From an uncultured Syntrophaceae bacterium (GTDB lineage Bacteria > Desulfobacterota > Syntrophia > Syntrophales > PHBD01), in the NCBI GenBank assembly GCA_964558665.1, contig CAZLFA010000011.1, forward strand, positions 4,617-68,616: a stretch of DNA of 64,000 nucleotides, written 5' to 3'. Positions within the stretch are counted from its first letter, which is position 1, and each line of letters starts with the position of its first letter. This document shows positions 51,124-60,151 of the stretch, piece after piece. The translations under genes were made by a program, and so were the position numbers. Under the pieces are notes generated by a model. It did no database searches and was not told the DNA's origin. It was given only the letters and a program-made list of their open reading frames with translations.

Positions 51124-52872
51124 ATGCCAGCTCAGACCCAACCTGTACATCCCCTTGGAACACGCACCCGCGTACTTTTGACCAGCGTCTTCGGACCGTA
51201 TGCGCAGGACGATGAATACGGAAGCCGCCGCATCAATCCGATGGAACTCTACCAGAATCAAGTTACAAGGGTTCAGGGAGGTTTTTCGCTTCGCATGTTT
51301 CACCGCTCCTTCGGCCTGCTCATGATCCAGAACAATATTGACGCCCCATGCACCCTGCTCGATTTTCCCACCCTCGATCGTTTTACGGAAACCATCCGCA
51401 ACAATAACTATGACATCATCGGCATCAGCGGCATCGTCGTTAACGTCATGAAGATTAAAAAGATGTGCGAACTCATCAGGCAATACCAGCCGCAGGCGAC
51501 CATCGTCATCGGCGGTCATGTAACGAACAAGGAAAATCTTCATGAAATAATTGATGCAGACCACATTGTCCGCGGAGAAGGTATCCGCTGGTTTCAGCGA
51601 TATCTCAGCCAGGACGACAAGCAGCCCGTAAAGCATCCGATGCTGCTTTCCGGGTTCGGGGCAAGAATGATGGGTGTCAATCTGGGAAGCAGACCGGGCG
51701 GCACGGCGGCGATTCTCATACCATCGGTCGGCTGCCCCATGGGGTGCAACTTCTGTTCGACCTCGGCACTGTTCGGCGGCAAGGGGAACTTCATCAACTT
51801 TTACGAGTCCGGGGATGAACTTTTCGACGTGATGTGTGAAATGGAAAGAACTCTCAATGCAAAGTCATTTTTCACCCTCGACGAGAACTTCCTTTTGCAT
51901 AAACAGCGGGCGCTTCGCCTTCTGGAGCTGATGGAAAAGCACGGCAAGAGATGGGCTTTGTATGTCTTCAGCTCCGCTGGCGTGCTGAAATCATACACCA
52001 TCGATCAACTTATCCGGCTGGGCGTCAGTTGGGTCTGGATGGGGCTGGAAGGGAAGGAAAGCTCCTACAACAAACTGAAGGGAGTGGATACGCGCGAGCT
52101 GGTCAATCTGCTGCAGTCCAACGGCATCCGCGTCCTGGGCTCTTCAATCATCGGCCTGGAGGAACACTCTCCCGACAACATCGATGAAGTCATCGACTAC
52201 TCCATAAGCCATGACACGGTCTTTCATCAGTTCATGCTCTACACGCCGGTGCCGGGAACGCCGCTCTATGAAAAGCACAAGCAGGAAGGCACACTGCTTC
52301 CGTCTTCAGCGATTAATGTGGCAGACATCCATGGGCAGTACAGGTTCAACTATGTCCACCGGCATATCCGCGACGGCAGGGAAGAGCAGTATCTCCTCAA
52401 TGCCTTTGAGCGAGATTTTAAAGTCAACGGTCCCAGTCTGCTGAGGCTTATCAGGGTGATGCTCAAAGGCTGGCAGATGAACGGCAATCATGCCAGCAAA
52501 CGCGTTCGTGACCGCATCAACTGGGAGATTTTTCCCCTGCGTTCCACATATGCGGGCGCCGTTTGGGCGATACGCAAATGGTACAGGGATGACGAGCAGA
52601 TCTACAACAAAGCTCATGAACTGCTCAAAGACATCTACGGGGCATTCGGATGGAAGACAAGGATTCTTGCTCCCTTCATCGGTATTTATGCATACCATTC
52701 GCTGAAGAAGGAAGAGAAGCGTCTTTCCGAAGGCTGGATGTACGAACCTCAAACCTTCCTTGAAAAGAATGAAGCGGCTTTGAAGCTTGATAGCGCACTG
52801 AAAGCCCGGCAGAAAGAAAAATCACAGCTCCATCTGCCCGCGGGTTCACCAACCGCAGCCGCCGCAGATTGA
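51124..52872 (+). CDS. B12-binding-domain radical SAM enzyme, substrate unknown
   Basis: N-terminal Rossmann-like B12-binding region (DIIGISGIV..IVIGGHV) and radical SAM cluster motif VGCPMGCNFCS. Confidence 0.75.
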   Translation: MPAQTQPVHPLGTRTRVLLTSVFGPYAQDDEYGSRRINPMELYQNQVTRVQGGFSLRMFHRSFGLLMIQNNIDAPCTLLDFPTLDRFTETIRNNNYDIIGISGIVVNVMKIKKMCELIRQYQPQATIVIGGHVTNKENLHEIIDADHIVRGEGIRWFQRYLSQDDKQPVKHPMLLSGFGARMMGVNLGSRPGGTAAILIPSVGCPMGCNFCSTSALFGGKGNFINFYESGDELFDVMCEMERTLNAKSFFTLDENFLLHKQRALRLLELMEKHGKRWALYVFSSAGVLKSYTIDQLIRLGVSWVWMGLEGKESSYNKLKGVDTRELVNLLQSNGIRVLGSSIIGLEEHSPDNIDEVIDYSISHDTVFHQFMLYTPVPGTPLYEKHKQEGTLLPSSAINVADIHGQYRFNYVHRHIRDGREEQYLLNAFERDFKVNGPSLLRLIRVMLKGWQMNGNHASKRVRDRINWEIFPLRSTYAGAVWAIRKWYRDDEQIYNKAHELLKDIYGAFGWKTRILAPFIGIYAYHSLKKEEKRLSEGWMYEPQTFLEKNEAALKLDSALKARQKEKSQLHLPAGSPTAAAAD

Positions 52873-52931
52873 GATTGCCAACATAAGCGCCTTCTGGTAC
52901 GTTTCTCTCACAATACATGGGAGGTTACGCT

Positions 52932-54002
52932 ATGTACGCAGTCATCATGGCGGGCGGCAAGGGAACCAGGTTCTGGCCGCGCAGCAGGCAGGGCATGCCC
53001 AAACACCTGCTTGATATTGTCAGCGAGAGGACTATTATCCAGGAAACTATCGATCGCATCCTGCCTTTGGTTCCTGCCGAAAAAATCATCATTGTAACAG
53101 GAAAAAGCCACGCCGGGGAATTGATGCGGCAACTGCCGCTCATTCCCCGTGAAAACGTCATTATCGAACCGGTGGGAAGAAACACAGCACCCTGCATAGG
53201 GATCGCAGCCCTGCATATCATGAAGAAGGCGGGAGACGACGTCATGGTTGTACTGCCTTCGGATCACAAAATTGATGATAAAGCGGAATTCATAAATGTT
53301 CTGAGGGCGTCCGCCGATATGGCATCAAGGGGAGATTACCTGGTCACGATCGGCATCAGCCCGACCAGGCCTGAGACAGGCTACGGCTATCTTGAAAAAG
53401 GCGCCGTTGCAGCCGCTATCGACGGAGAAAAAATATACAGGGTAAAATCAATAAGAGAAAAGCCGGATCTGGACCAGGCCAAGGCATTCATCAGGAGAAA
53501 AAACTTTTTCTGGAACAGCGGCATGTTTATCTGGAAGGCATCCGCAATTCTCAACGCCATTAACCGCTGGTTGCCCGCGCTTCACGAAGGGCTTGCCGAT
53601 ATCGGCCCGTCCATCGGAACCGATAAGGAAAAAGACGCCATGGAAAGCGTCTATGGATCGCTTCAATCAATTTCCATAGACTACGGCGTCATGGAGCGGG
53701 CCGATAACGTTCTTATAGTACGCGGCGATTTCGGCTGGTCTGACATCGGCAGTTGGGACGCTCTCTGGGAGGCATCTGCCAAAGACCCGTCAGGAAATGT
53801 CACCCGGGGGAGGATAGCAGCGATTGGCACAAGGAATTCACTCGTCTTTGCTTCGGATAAACTTATAGCCGCCGTAGGGGTGGAAGATCTCATTGTTGTA
53901 GATACGGGCGACGCTCTCCTTATATGCAGGAGAGGATCTTCACAGGACGTCAGGCAAATCGTCGACCTTCTGGAAGAAAAGGGAATGAAGCACCTGCTTT
54001 AA
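52932..54002 (+). CDS. Mannose-1-phosphate guanylyltransferase (nucleotidyltransferase domain only)
   Basis: MYAVIMAGGKGTRFWPRSR.. and the EKP motif (IREKPD). GGGAGG lies 7 nt upstream of ATG 52932; the track start is 52917. Confidence 0.85.
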   Translation: MYAVIMAGGKGTRFWPRSRQGMPKHLLDIVSERTIIQETIDRILPLVPAEKIIIVTGKSHAGELMRQLPLIPRENVIIEPVGRNTAPCIGIAALHIMKKAGDDVMVVLPSDHKIDDKAEFINVLRASADMASRGDYLVTIGISPTRPETGYGYLEKGAVAAAIDGEKIYRVKSIREKPDLDQAKAFIRRKNFFWNSGMFIWKASAILNAINRWLPALHEGLADIGPSIGTDKEKDAMESVYGSLQSISIDYGVMERADNVLIVRGDFGWSDIGSWDALWEASAKDPSGNVTRGRIAAIGTRNSLVFASDKLIAAVGVEDLIVVDTGDALLICRRGSSQDVRQIVDLLEEKGMKHLL

Positions 54003-54055
54003 ATCTCGACATGATGACATCTGTAAACTCATGACGTAAAAATATACTGTCTTTA

Positions 54056-54184
54056 AATCGGAAAGGAGATATTTTTCGTTCTGGCAAGGAGATCAAGGCG
54101 TTGCGCGGAGGCGTACATCGGTTCGTACGTCGCACAAGCAATGCCGCTGATCGACACAGTCAGAGCGGAAAAGAGCCCTTTCCG
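54056..54184 (+). repeat. Degenerate member of the palindromic repeat family carrying the GGCGTAC-core insert
   Basis: CGGAAAGGAGATATTTTTCG ... CAAGGCGTTGCGCGGAGGCGTACATCGGTTCGTACGTCGCACAAGC ... CAGAGCGGAAAAGAGCCCTTTCCG. The core resembles the reverse complement of the 29.6 kb inner element. Confidence 0.55.
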
Positions 54185-54188
54185 TTGT

Positions 54189-54836
54189 CTATGACGGATT
54201 GCCGATCGCCTCAAACGACGCCAGATATCGTGAGATTATTTCGGTGACTTCACTGGTTAATTCATTGAACTGAATGCCGACGTACACTTTTTTTTCATCG
54301 TTCTTTATGTGCTTGGGAATACCCAATATCTCAAGTTCTTTTTCAACTCCGGGCATAAAGAACTTCACCACAATATCTCCGCTTACGGAATTGAACCCTG
54401 ATGGAACCCTGGAGGCGGACATGGAAAATTTGCATCCCTGATCATTCATGTCCAGAAGGAGTCCCGGATATGTTTTTCCTTCGAAAACGGCCTTCAGGGG
54501 AAGATTGCATTCAATCCTTTTCTTCGCACGAAGTTCATGATGAAATATTTCCGAAGGATACTGGATAAAAATCAGCTTGGTCGGGTTTGACACGGACTCT
54601 ATCAAACTGGACTTGAAGCCGATGATTGTGCCTTTCATAATAAATCGAACGACGACTCTGTTGCCGATGAAAAGGTTGGTGCGGGCGGAAAAGAGATGGC
54701 TGGAAACGGGGGTCTTCAGAATAAGAAACTCGTCCGGCAGAATTCCCACGACGAAGCTGTTGAATTTCTGATCGGCAGTATCAACTTCGATCTGCACGGG
54801 TGTTCCTATCGGCAACATGGACAGTTTTTCAGTCAT
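54189..54836 (-). CDS. PilZ domain protein (YcgR-like two-domain c-di-GMP receptor candidate)
   Basis: RxxxR motif (RAKKR) followed by DMNDQGCKF (a D-x-S-x-x-G variant) in the C-terminal half, with an N-terminal YcgR-N/PilZ-like beta region. Confidence 0.7.
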   Translation of the reverse strand: MTEKLSMLPIGTPVQIEVDTADQKFNSFVVGILPDEFLILKTPVSSHLFSARTNLFIGNRVVVRFIMKGTIIGFKSSLIESVSNPTKLIFIQYPSEIFHHELRAKKRIECNLPLKAVFEGKTYPGLLLDMNDQGCKFSMSASRVPSGFNSVSGDIVVKFFMPGVEKELEILGIPKHIKNDEKKVYVGIQFNELTSEVTEIISRYLASFEAIGNPS

Positions 54837-54877
54837 AATCTTTACCTGATCAGAACCGGCAGAAAACCCTTCCGCAA

Positions 54878-55177
54878 CTAATTGATGTACGCCGGCTTCC
54901 CCTTAACAGTAACGCCACCTTTGTTTAGTTCCTTGATTATCTTACCCAGAGATGTCTTCTCATCATCAAAAGCAATGGAGACCGTGTCCTGTTTGGGGGT
55001 CTCGAACTTTATCACGCCGTTTATCTTTTTCAGGATAGCCCCTATCCTTGCCCTTCCTCCTCAGGTGCTGCATCCCGGAACAGTCAACTGGACGGCCTTT
55101 TCGGCGGCTTGCGCAGTTCCGGGGATTATCCAGACAGCAATGCAGACAAACAATAAAAGTAAAGATATTCGTTTCAA
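54878..55177 (-). CDS. Secreted MerP/CopZ-like heavy-metal-associated (HMA) domain protein with in-frame TGA (candidate selenocysteine) in the metal-binding motif
   Basis: My own translation from TTG 55177 (GGAGGA 9 nt upstream): MKRISLLLLFVCIAVWIIPGTAQAAEKAVQLTVPGCST[TGA 55063..55061]GGRARIGAILKKINGVIKFETPKQDTVSIAFDDEKTSLGKIIKELNKGGVTVKGKPAYIN, ending at TAG 54880..54878. The frame is the same on both sides of the TGA. Not in the ORF track. Confidence 0.7.
55032..55048 (-). promoter_or_regulatory. SECIS-like stem-loop 12 nt downstream of the in-frame UGA
   Basis: mRNA: UGA-GGAGGAAGGGCA-AGGAUAG-GGG-CUAUCCU. This is a 7-bp perfect stem with a G-rich apical loop, and the loop lies ~19 nt from the UGA. 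Confidence 0.5.
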
Positions 55178-55392
55178 AGATTTACATCCTCCCGGACGAC
55201 ATTAATTGTTAATTCATATCACTTACAACCATCCTGTTTCAACAAAAGAATCCGAAAAAATACACAATATATTATCAAAAAAATTCACCAAATCGGCAAT
55301 TTGCCTGCATTCACAGAAAAAAAAGTGGATTATTTGCATGAATTGTACTAGGCATAACGATAATTTATAAAGGAGCAGAAACTTAAGCAATT

Positions 55393-56697
55393 ATGAGATT
55401 CGACATCTGTAAAGGCGGCAGTGGTTTAACCTACGAAATACGAAACATCGTCAATGTGGCCAACAAACTTCAGGAGTATGGCATAGAAGTTCATTGGGAA
55501 AACATTGGTGATCCCGTACAGAAGGGAGAGCAGATTCCCAAGTGGATGAAGGACGTCCTTACCGAGATCATGTGCGACAACATGTCCTATGCATACTCTC
55601 CCACAAAAGGAGTCAACGAAACCAGAGAGTTCCTTGCGGAAAAGGTAAACAAAAGGGGGCATGTCCAGATCACCCCCGAAGATATAATCTTTTTCAACGG
55701 CCTTGGCGATGCCATTGCCCGCTGCTACAGCGCGATCCAGATCGACGCCCGGATCATTCTTCCCGAACCTACGTATTCAACGCACTTTCTGGCTGAAGTT
55801 CTGCATGCATCGTTTCCTCCGAACACCTACCGGATGGATCCGTACAGCAAGTGGTATCCCAATATGCGCGAGCTTGAGCATAAAGTGAAAAGCCATCAGG
55901 CCATTGTCGGCATTCTTGTAATCAACCCGGACAATCCCACGGGATTCGTCTATCCGGCCGATACGTTACGCCAGATTGTTAAAATCGCCAAAGAGTACGA
56001 CCTTTTTCTGATTTTCGACGAAACTTATCACAGCATTATTTATAATGGAAAGAAGACGGCCCCTCTTTCCGATGTGGTTGAGGATGTTCCCGCCATCAGC
56101 ATGAAGGGAATATCCAAGGAATTCCCGTGGCCGGGTTCCCGCTGCGGCTGGATAGAAATATACAACGCCGACAAGGACGAGTCGTTCCGCCGCTACATCA
56201 ATACCATCCTGAACCAGAAGATGTCGGAGGTATGCTCCACGACGCTGCCGCAGATTTCCATCCCCAAAATCATGCAGCATCCCGAATACAGCAACTATCT
56301 GAATGAACGCAAAAGCCACTATGAAAAACTGTCCAATATAGCCTTCAATATTCTCAAGGACGTCCCCTGGCTTACCGTCAACAGAACAAACGGCGCCTTT
56401 TACATGACCGCCGTCTTCAACGAATCGGTACTTAACAAACGCCAGACGCTTCCCATAGAGCAGACGGATATAAGAGATTATATAGAAAAACTGACCACAG
56501 GCAATATCGATTTCGACAAGCGGTTTGTCTATTATCTGCTGGGAGCTACGGGCATCTGCGTTGTACCTCTGTCCTCCTTCTCCACAGCACTACCCGGTTT
56601 CCGCATGACTTTGCTGGAGAAGGACCCCGACAAATTCGAGAGCCTGATAAGGATAATCGCGGAAAAAATCGTTCAATACATAGAATCGTCCAAGTAG
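55393..56697 (+). CDS. Class I/II PLP-dependent aminotransferase (alanine/aspartate aminotransferase-like)
   Basis: PLP-lysine region SMKGISKEFPWPGSRCGW (the S-x-S/G-K...G-x-R-x-G-W pattern), NPDNPTG and a length of 434 aa. Confidence 0.8.
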   Translation: MRFDICKGGSGLTYEIRNIVNVANKLQEYGIEVHWENIGDPVQKGEQIPKWMKDVLTEIMCDNMSYAYSPTKGVNETREFLAEKVNKRGHVQITPEDIIFFNGLGDAIARCYSAIQIDARIILPEPTYSTHFLAEVLHASFPPNTYRMDPYSKWYPNMRELEHKVKSHQAIVGILVINPDNPTGFVYPADTLRQIVKIAKEYDLFLIFDETYHSIIYNGKKTAPLSDVVEDVPAISMKGISKEFPWPGSRCGWIEIYNADKDESFRRYINTILNQKMSEVCSTTLPQISIPKIMQHPEYSNYLNERKSHYEKLSNIAFNILKDVPWLTVNRTNGAFYMTAVFNESVLNKRQTLPIEQTDIRDYIEKLTTGNIDFDKRFVYYLLGATGICVVPLSSFSTALPGFRMTLLEKDPDKFESLIRIIAEKIVQYIESSK

Positions 56698-56803
56698 CGG
56701 CAGCAAAACCAAATCCGCATCTGCGGGAAAAAGATATTGTACCTGCACGGGAACCGGCATCAATTTCCGTGCAGGCTGTTACTCTACTATCGGAGACGGC
56801 CTT

Positions 56804-57760
56804 TTGCCTCATTCAAATTTTATCTGCAGATTTTTTTTGTTCATCGTATTATCGATATTTATCTTTCCCAAACTCGTTATCGCCGCAGAGCCCCCATTCT
56901 CCCGTTTTTTCCTGATGGGAAGCGGCAGCATGCATATCATCAACAGCCATGACCGGCGTGAACTCAATGTGAATATTCTCCATGCCGACGGTTCATTCAA
57001 TGAAGATGCATTGAAGAAAGTGGATGCCCTCTTTAAATTCCCCACAGAGGAGAAGGGCGAACATATTTCTCTGCGGATGCTGTTCATGCTCTCCTACTTC
57101 TCAGACAAGCTGGCCCCCGGGAAAATCATCTATATGTACTCAGGATACAGAAGCCCCGAATACAACGAAAAACTGAAACAGGCAGGCGGATACGTGGCGC
57201 GGACAAGCACACATATCGACGGCATGGCTGTAGATTTTTCGTTCGACGGCCTGGACTGCAAACCGGTATGGGAATCCATTCGCAGCATGAACTGCTGCGG
57301 AATAGGGCATTACCCGGGGGAGATGCTGCATCTGGATGCGGCCCGGCCGCGTTACTGGGAGGCTACAAAGCCGAAAGGAAAACCGAAAAGGCCGGAACAC
57401 AACCGCAGCATCTACATATCATCAGAATATGACCGGTATATTCCCGGAGAGAGAATCCGGTTGTCCTTCTCATCGGTGAGCGATTTCGGCTTCGGTGTGG
57501 GAAAGAAAGTGTCGCTTGTAAAAGATCGCCAGGGCAAACAGCCGTTTAGAAAAATATCCCTTGAATCTGAAGATAAAAAGTCATGCCTGCTGATCAACGA
57601 TAGAAAAGAGTCGCGCTTTATTTATGTGCTGCTGCCGGAAAAAATAAAGACGGGAAGATACAGGATTAAAATCGACTTCTGCAAAAAGCCGTTTCCGGCA
57701 ATGCCCGCCCGGGTTGTGTCCAACGAATTTGAGATCGTTGCCGGAAAGACGGGCGGCTGA
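56804..57760 (+). CDS. Secreted peptidase M15A/DUF882 (YcbK/MepK-like) protein with an extra C-terminal domain
   Basis: SGYRSPEYNEKL...STHIDGMAVDF..GHYPGEMLHLD match the DUF882 metal-binding motifs. N-terminal hydrophobic signal. The start codon is uncertain (TTG 56804). Confidence 0.7.
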   Translation: MPHSNFICRFFLFIVLSIFIFPKLVIAAEPPFSRFFLMGSGSMHIINSHDRRELNVNILHADGSFNEDALKKVDALFKFPTEEKGEHISLRMLFMLSYFSDKLAPGKIIYMYSGYRSPEYNEKLKQAGGYVARTSTHIDGMAVDFSFDGLDCKPVWESIRSMNCCGIGHYPGEMLHLDAARPRYWEATKPKGKPKRPEHNRSIYISSEYDRYIPGERIRLSFSSVSDFGFGVGKKVSLVKDRQGKQPFRKISLESEDKKSCLLINDRKESRFIYVLLPEKIKTGRYRIKIDFCKKPFPAMPARVVSNEFEIVAGKTGG

Positions 57761-57785
57761 AACAGATCATGGAGGACAGATTGAT

Positions 57786-58583
57786 ATGAAAGTCGGGTTC
57801 GTGCAGATTGATTCCGCCTTTGGCGAAACAGATCGGAACATTGAAATAGTCGCACATTTGCTCAAATCATTTCAGGGAGACCTGGTTGTCCTGCCTGAAT
57901 TCTTTAACACAGGATATCTCTTTACCTCGCAGGAAGAGGCATACAACCTGGCCGAAGAGATTCCCACCGGAAGAACAGTTAAGGCACTGTGCGATCTGGC
58001 GGCTCAGGAAAAGACCTACATCGTGGCGGGTCTTCCCGAAAGGTCGGGCGGCATTCTTTATAATTCGGCAGTGCTGGTGTCACCCCATGGTTACATCGAC
58101 ACATACAGGAAGATGCATCTTTTCAACGAGGAGAAACTATGGTTCTCACCCGGAGACAAGGGATTTGCTGTTTATGACATCGGACACTGCCGCATCGGCA
58201 TCATGATCTGTTTTGACTGGTTCTTTCCGGAATCGATGCGCATCCTGTCCCTCAAGGGCGCTGATGTAATATGCCACCCGGCCAATCTTGTCCTGCCGTT
58301 CTGCCAGGACGCCATGACTACCAGATGTCTTGAAAACCGCGTTTTCGCCATTACCGCCAACCGGACGGGAACAGAGGCAAGAGGCGGCAAGTCGTTCCGT
58401 TATACGGGCAGGAGCCAGATTACCGGTCCCCAAGCCAATGTCATTCACCGGGCGAGCGAAACATCCGATGAGACAGGACTTACGGAGATCGATATCAACG
58501 CCGCCAGAAACAAGAGAATCAATCCCTACAATGATCTGTTCGAGGACAGGAGAACCGAGTTCTATCAGGATATAACAAGATGA
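57786..58583 (+). CDS. Carbon-nitrogen hydrolase (nitrilase superfamily)
   Basis: Catalytic E-K-C pattern: VLPEFFNTGY, YRKMHLF and the Cys region CRIGIMICFDWFFPE. The start is ATG 57786 with GGAGGA upstream; the track ORF starts at 57714. Confidence 0.85.
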   Translation: MKVGFVQIDSAFGETDRNIEIVAHLLKSFQGDLVVLPEFFNTGYLFTSQEEAYNLAEEIPTGRTVKALCDLAAQEKTYIVAGLPERSGGILYNSAVLVSPHGYIDTYRKMHLFNEEKLWFSPGDKGFAVYDIGHCRIGIMICFDWFFPESMRILSLKGADVICHPANLVLPFCQDAMTTRCLENRVFAITANRTGTEARGGKSFRYTGRSQITGPQANVIHRASETSDETGLTEIDINAARNKRINPYNDLFEDRRTEFYQDITR

Positions 58584-58685
58584 AAGTCAGAAAAACTGCA
58601 GCAAACAGAGAAGGATTAAAATCTTATGATTCGTTTTCTCAAAAAGTAATTGTTGTGCATATAACCTCACTTTAATATACAGCCG

Positions 58686-59789
58686 CTATCGAAATTTTTC
58701 CAATATAAAATCGGAGGCTTTGTCACTGCGCATCAATATGCACAAAACCATTCCTTCCCGATATTCTGGAGAATGGAGAAGGTGAACAGATATCTCAATC
58801 AGCTTACCTGTCCGGGCGTTTTTATACAGGAAGTAAACATATGATGTCTTGCTTTCTCCGAGCAATACCCATTTTCCCAATACCGCTTCGACTTCCTTGA
58901 ATTGCAAATACTGGCTGTTATAGTCGTTATTTGGATGAACAGTTACCCTGAAGGAGGGAGGGCAGGTTACTGAATCAATCACTTGTCGGGTCTTGTCATT
59001 TGATATCCTTATTTCATATCCGGGGATATTCAACCTGATCAACCTGAAGTTATTCTTTGCATTCGTCTCTTCAGTGGCCTTTATTCCAAAATGTTTTTCT
59101 ATCGCTTCAAGGGTCGGTGTTTCACCGGAGACAATTTCTGCAATAGGTATTAATATGGATGATATGGGAAATGGTTTTTCCGGTTGTTTATCACGCCTCC
59201 CCTCAAAAAAATCTATATCAAATTTGGTTACACCTCTCCAAATCGCTATTGACAAAACCCTGGCTTCCGGGTCGCTTGGAGGAGTGCTAAGGTGCACAGA
59301 GATACCGACCATTTCCTTAGTCTGTGGGTTCTTATGCAGAAAGAAAGCACGGTCTTCATTGCCATCCTTATCTATACCCGGCACAAATTTCCCCAACACT
59401 GCCGAAACTTCCTTGAATTTTAAATAGCGGTTATTTTGGGGAACGATTTCAACTACGTCCAGAATGTTTTTATATGTCTGAGATAATATTTTATATTCAG
59501 GAACCTTCAATCTGAAATACTTCATGGCTTTATATTTTTTTTCCTTAACAGCTTTAGTTCCAAGATGTTTTTCTATTGCTTCAACAGTTGGCGCTTCACC
59601 GGAGATAATTTCTATAATGGGTAGTATTATTGAAGATACAGAACCCACATCTTTGGTTTGCTCCTTATTTGTCCCGGCATTCTCCCCATCTGTTGATGCC
59701 TCACCGCATGAAAGCGAGAAGACCTGCAGCGAACAGAGAAGGATAAAAAAAACTACGATTAGGTTTCCTGAACAGCAATTCCGGTGCAT
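58686..59789 (-). CDS. Secreted/lipoprotein-like protein of unknown function built from two tandem ~150-aa repeats
   Basis: N-terminal hydrophobic signal with Cys residues (LLCSLQVFSLSCGE). Internal duplication: SSIILPIIEIISGEAPTVEAIEKHLGTKA / SSILIPIAEIVSGETPTLEAIEKHFGIKA; YLKFKEVSAVLGKFV / YLQFKEVEAVLGKWV; ISVHLSTPPSDPEARVLSIAIWR / ISVHLLHSPEYREGMVLCILMR. Confidence 0.6.
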   Translation of the reverse strand: MHRNCCSGNLIVVFFILLCSLQVFSLSCGEASTDGENAGTNKEQTKDVGSVSSIILPIIEIISGEAPTVEAIEKHLGTKAVKEKKYKAMKYFRLKVPEYKILSQTYKNILDVVEIVPQNNRYLKFKEVSAVLGKFVPGIDKDGNEDRAFFLHKNPQTKEMVGISVHLSTPPSDPEARVLSIAIWRGVTKFDIDFFEGRRDKQPEKPFPISSILIPIAEIVSGETPTLEAIEKHFGIKATEETNAKNNFRLIRLNIPGYEIRISNDKTRQVIDSVTCPPSFRVTVHPNNDYNSQYLQFKEVEAVLGKWVLLGESKTSYVYFLYKNARTGKLIEISVHLLHSPEYREGMVLCILMRSDKASDFILEKFR

Positions 59790-59987
59790 ATATTTCTCCT
59801 GTCAATTCCCGGTAACGAGGTTATCTCTAGTGCCCCTCGCCATATATAACAATCCTCTTTTCAAGCGGAAAAAAATGAAATTCAAAAGGGGGTCTCCCCT
59901 GTCCACTTCTCATATCAAGCAGTCTGTGGCTATAAGAATGAATCACTACGGTATTGCCTTTTTTAAGATAAACAAAGAATATTAAAT

Positions 59988-60094
59988 CTGCCGAAGAGGC
60001 TTTCACGCGGCGAATCAAATCTTTTTCTTGTGAAAAATATTCTGAGCCGCGGAAAGCCTCTTTGACCGGGGCACTAAAAGGTATTACTTCTTTA
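59988..60094 (+). repeat. Palindromic intergenic repeat, copy 7 (+ orientation)
   Basis: CTGCCGAAGAGGCTTTCACGCGGCGAATCAAATCTTTTTCTTGTGAAAAATATTCTGAGCCGCGGAAAGCCTCTTTGACCGG followed by ..AAAGGTATTACTTCTTTA. Confidence 0.9.
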
Positions 60095-60151
60095 TAGCTC
60101 AATCCGGGATAATGTAATTGACATTCATAATCATCTCTGCGGGCACTTCAT

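Noticed and set aside
54882-55205. 107-aa + strand ORF from the track
   Set aside because: It is antisense to the MerP-like - strand frame, which has a signal peptide, an HMA fold pattern and an RBS. The + strand translation is low-complexity (Pro/Phe/Ser-rich) without motifs.
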